Origin: Acidimicrobiia bacterium
GTDB lineage: Bacteria; Actinomycetota; Acidimicrobiia; Spongiisociales; SHLN01
Reading direction: 5' to 3'
DNA: 36,477 nucleotides
Assembly (NCBI GenBank): GCA_041619515.1
Contig: JBFKDW010000023.1
Coordinates: 1 to 36,477, forward strand
Below, in pieces: positions 36,477 to 36,477 of the stretch. A program made the position numbers and the translations under genes. Numbering within the stretch: position 1 is the first letter of the stretch; the number at the start of each line of letters is the position of its first letter. A model generated the notes under the pieces. It was not told where the DNA came from and did not search any database. It was given only the letters and a program-made list of their open reading frames with translations.

Positions 36477-36477
36477 G

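Overview
High-GC actinobacterial chromosome segment. Gene content and style suggest Acidimicrobiia (inference). It is densely packed with housekeeping and redox genes: an lpdA-E2-lipB/lipA(fused) operon, an isobutyryl-CoA-mutase-type large subunit, a DsbB plus two thioredoxin-fold proteins, a SUF Fe-S system split into three loci with two sufC copies, CorA, fumC, an SDR, UdgB, ASCH, a group-2 sigma-70 factor, a GT4, NucS, a beta carbonic anhydrase, LLM oxidoreductases, an OmpA-domain lipoprotein and a partial glutaredoxin. I saw no CRISPR array, tRNA/rRNA gene, transposase or integrase. The most interesting signals lie outside the supplied ORF track. (1) A fixed-geometry motif, TC(A/C)(A/G)(G/A)-N14/15-(G/T)(C/T)CGAT-N9-ATG, precedes four unrelated, mostly envelope genes and looks like a leaderless sigma-28/WhiG-like regulon. 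(2) A thioredoxin-like gene at the end of the sufD operon has a TGA that may be recoded, possibly as selenocysteine. (3) There are two unannotated 30-aa membrane peptides. (4) One lipoprotein is built from tandem FtsX-like extracellular domains. (5) An 18-bp perfect triplication covers a stop/start junction. (6) A REP-like palindrome cluster and a truncated LLM gene remnant lie near the right end. All family assignments come from motif recognition by eye, without database searches.
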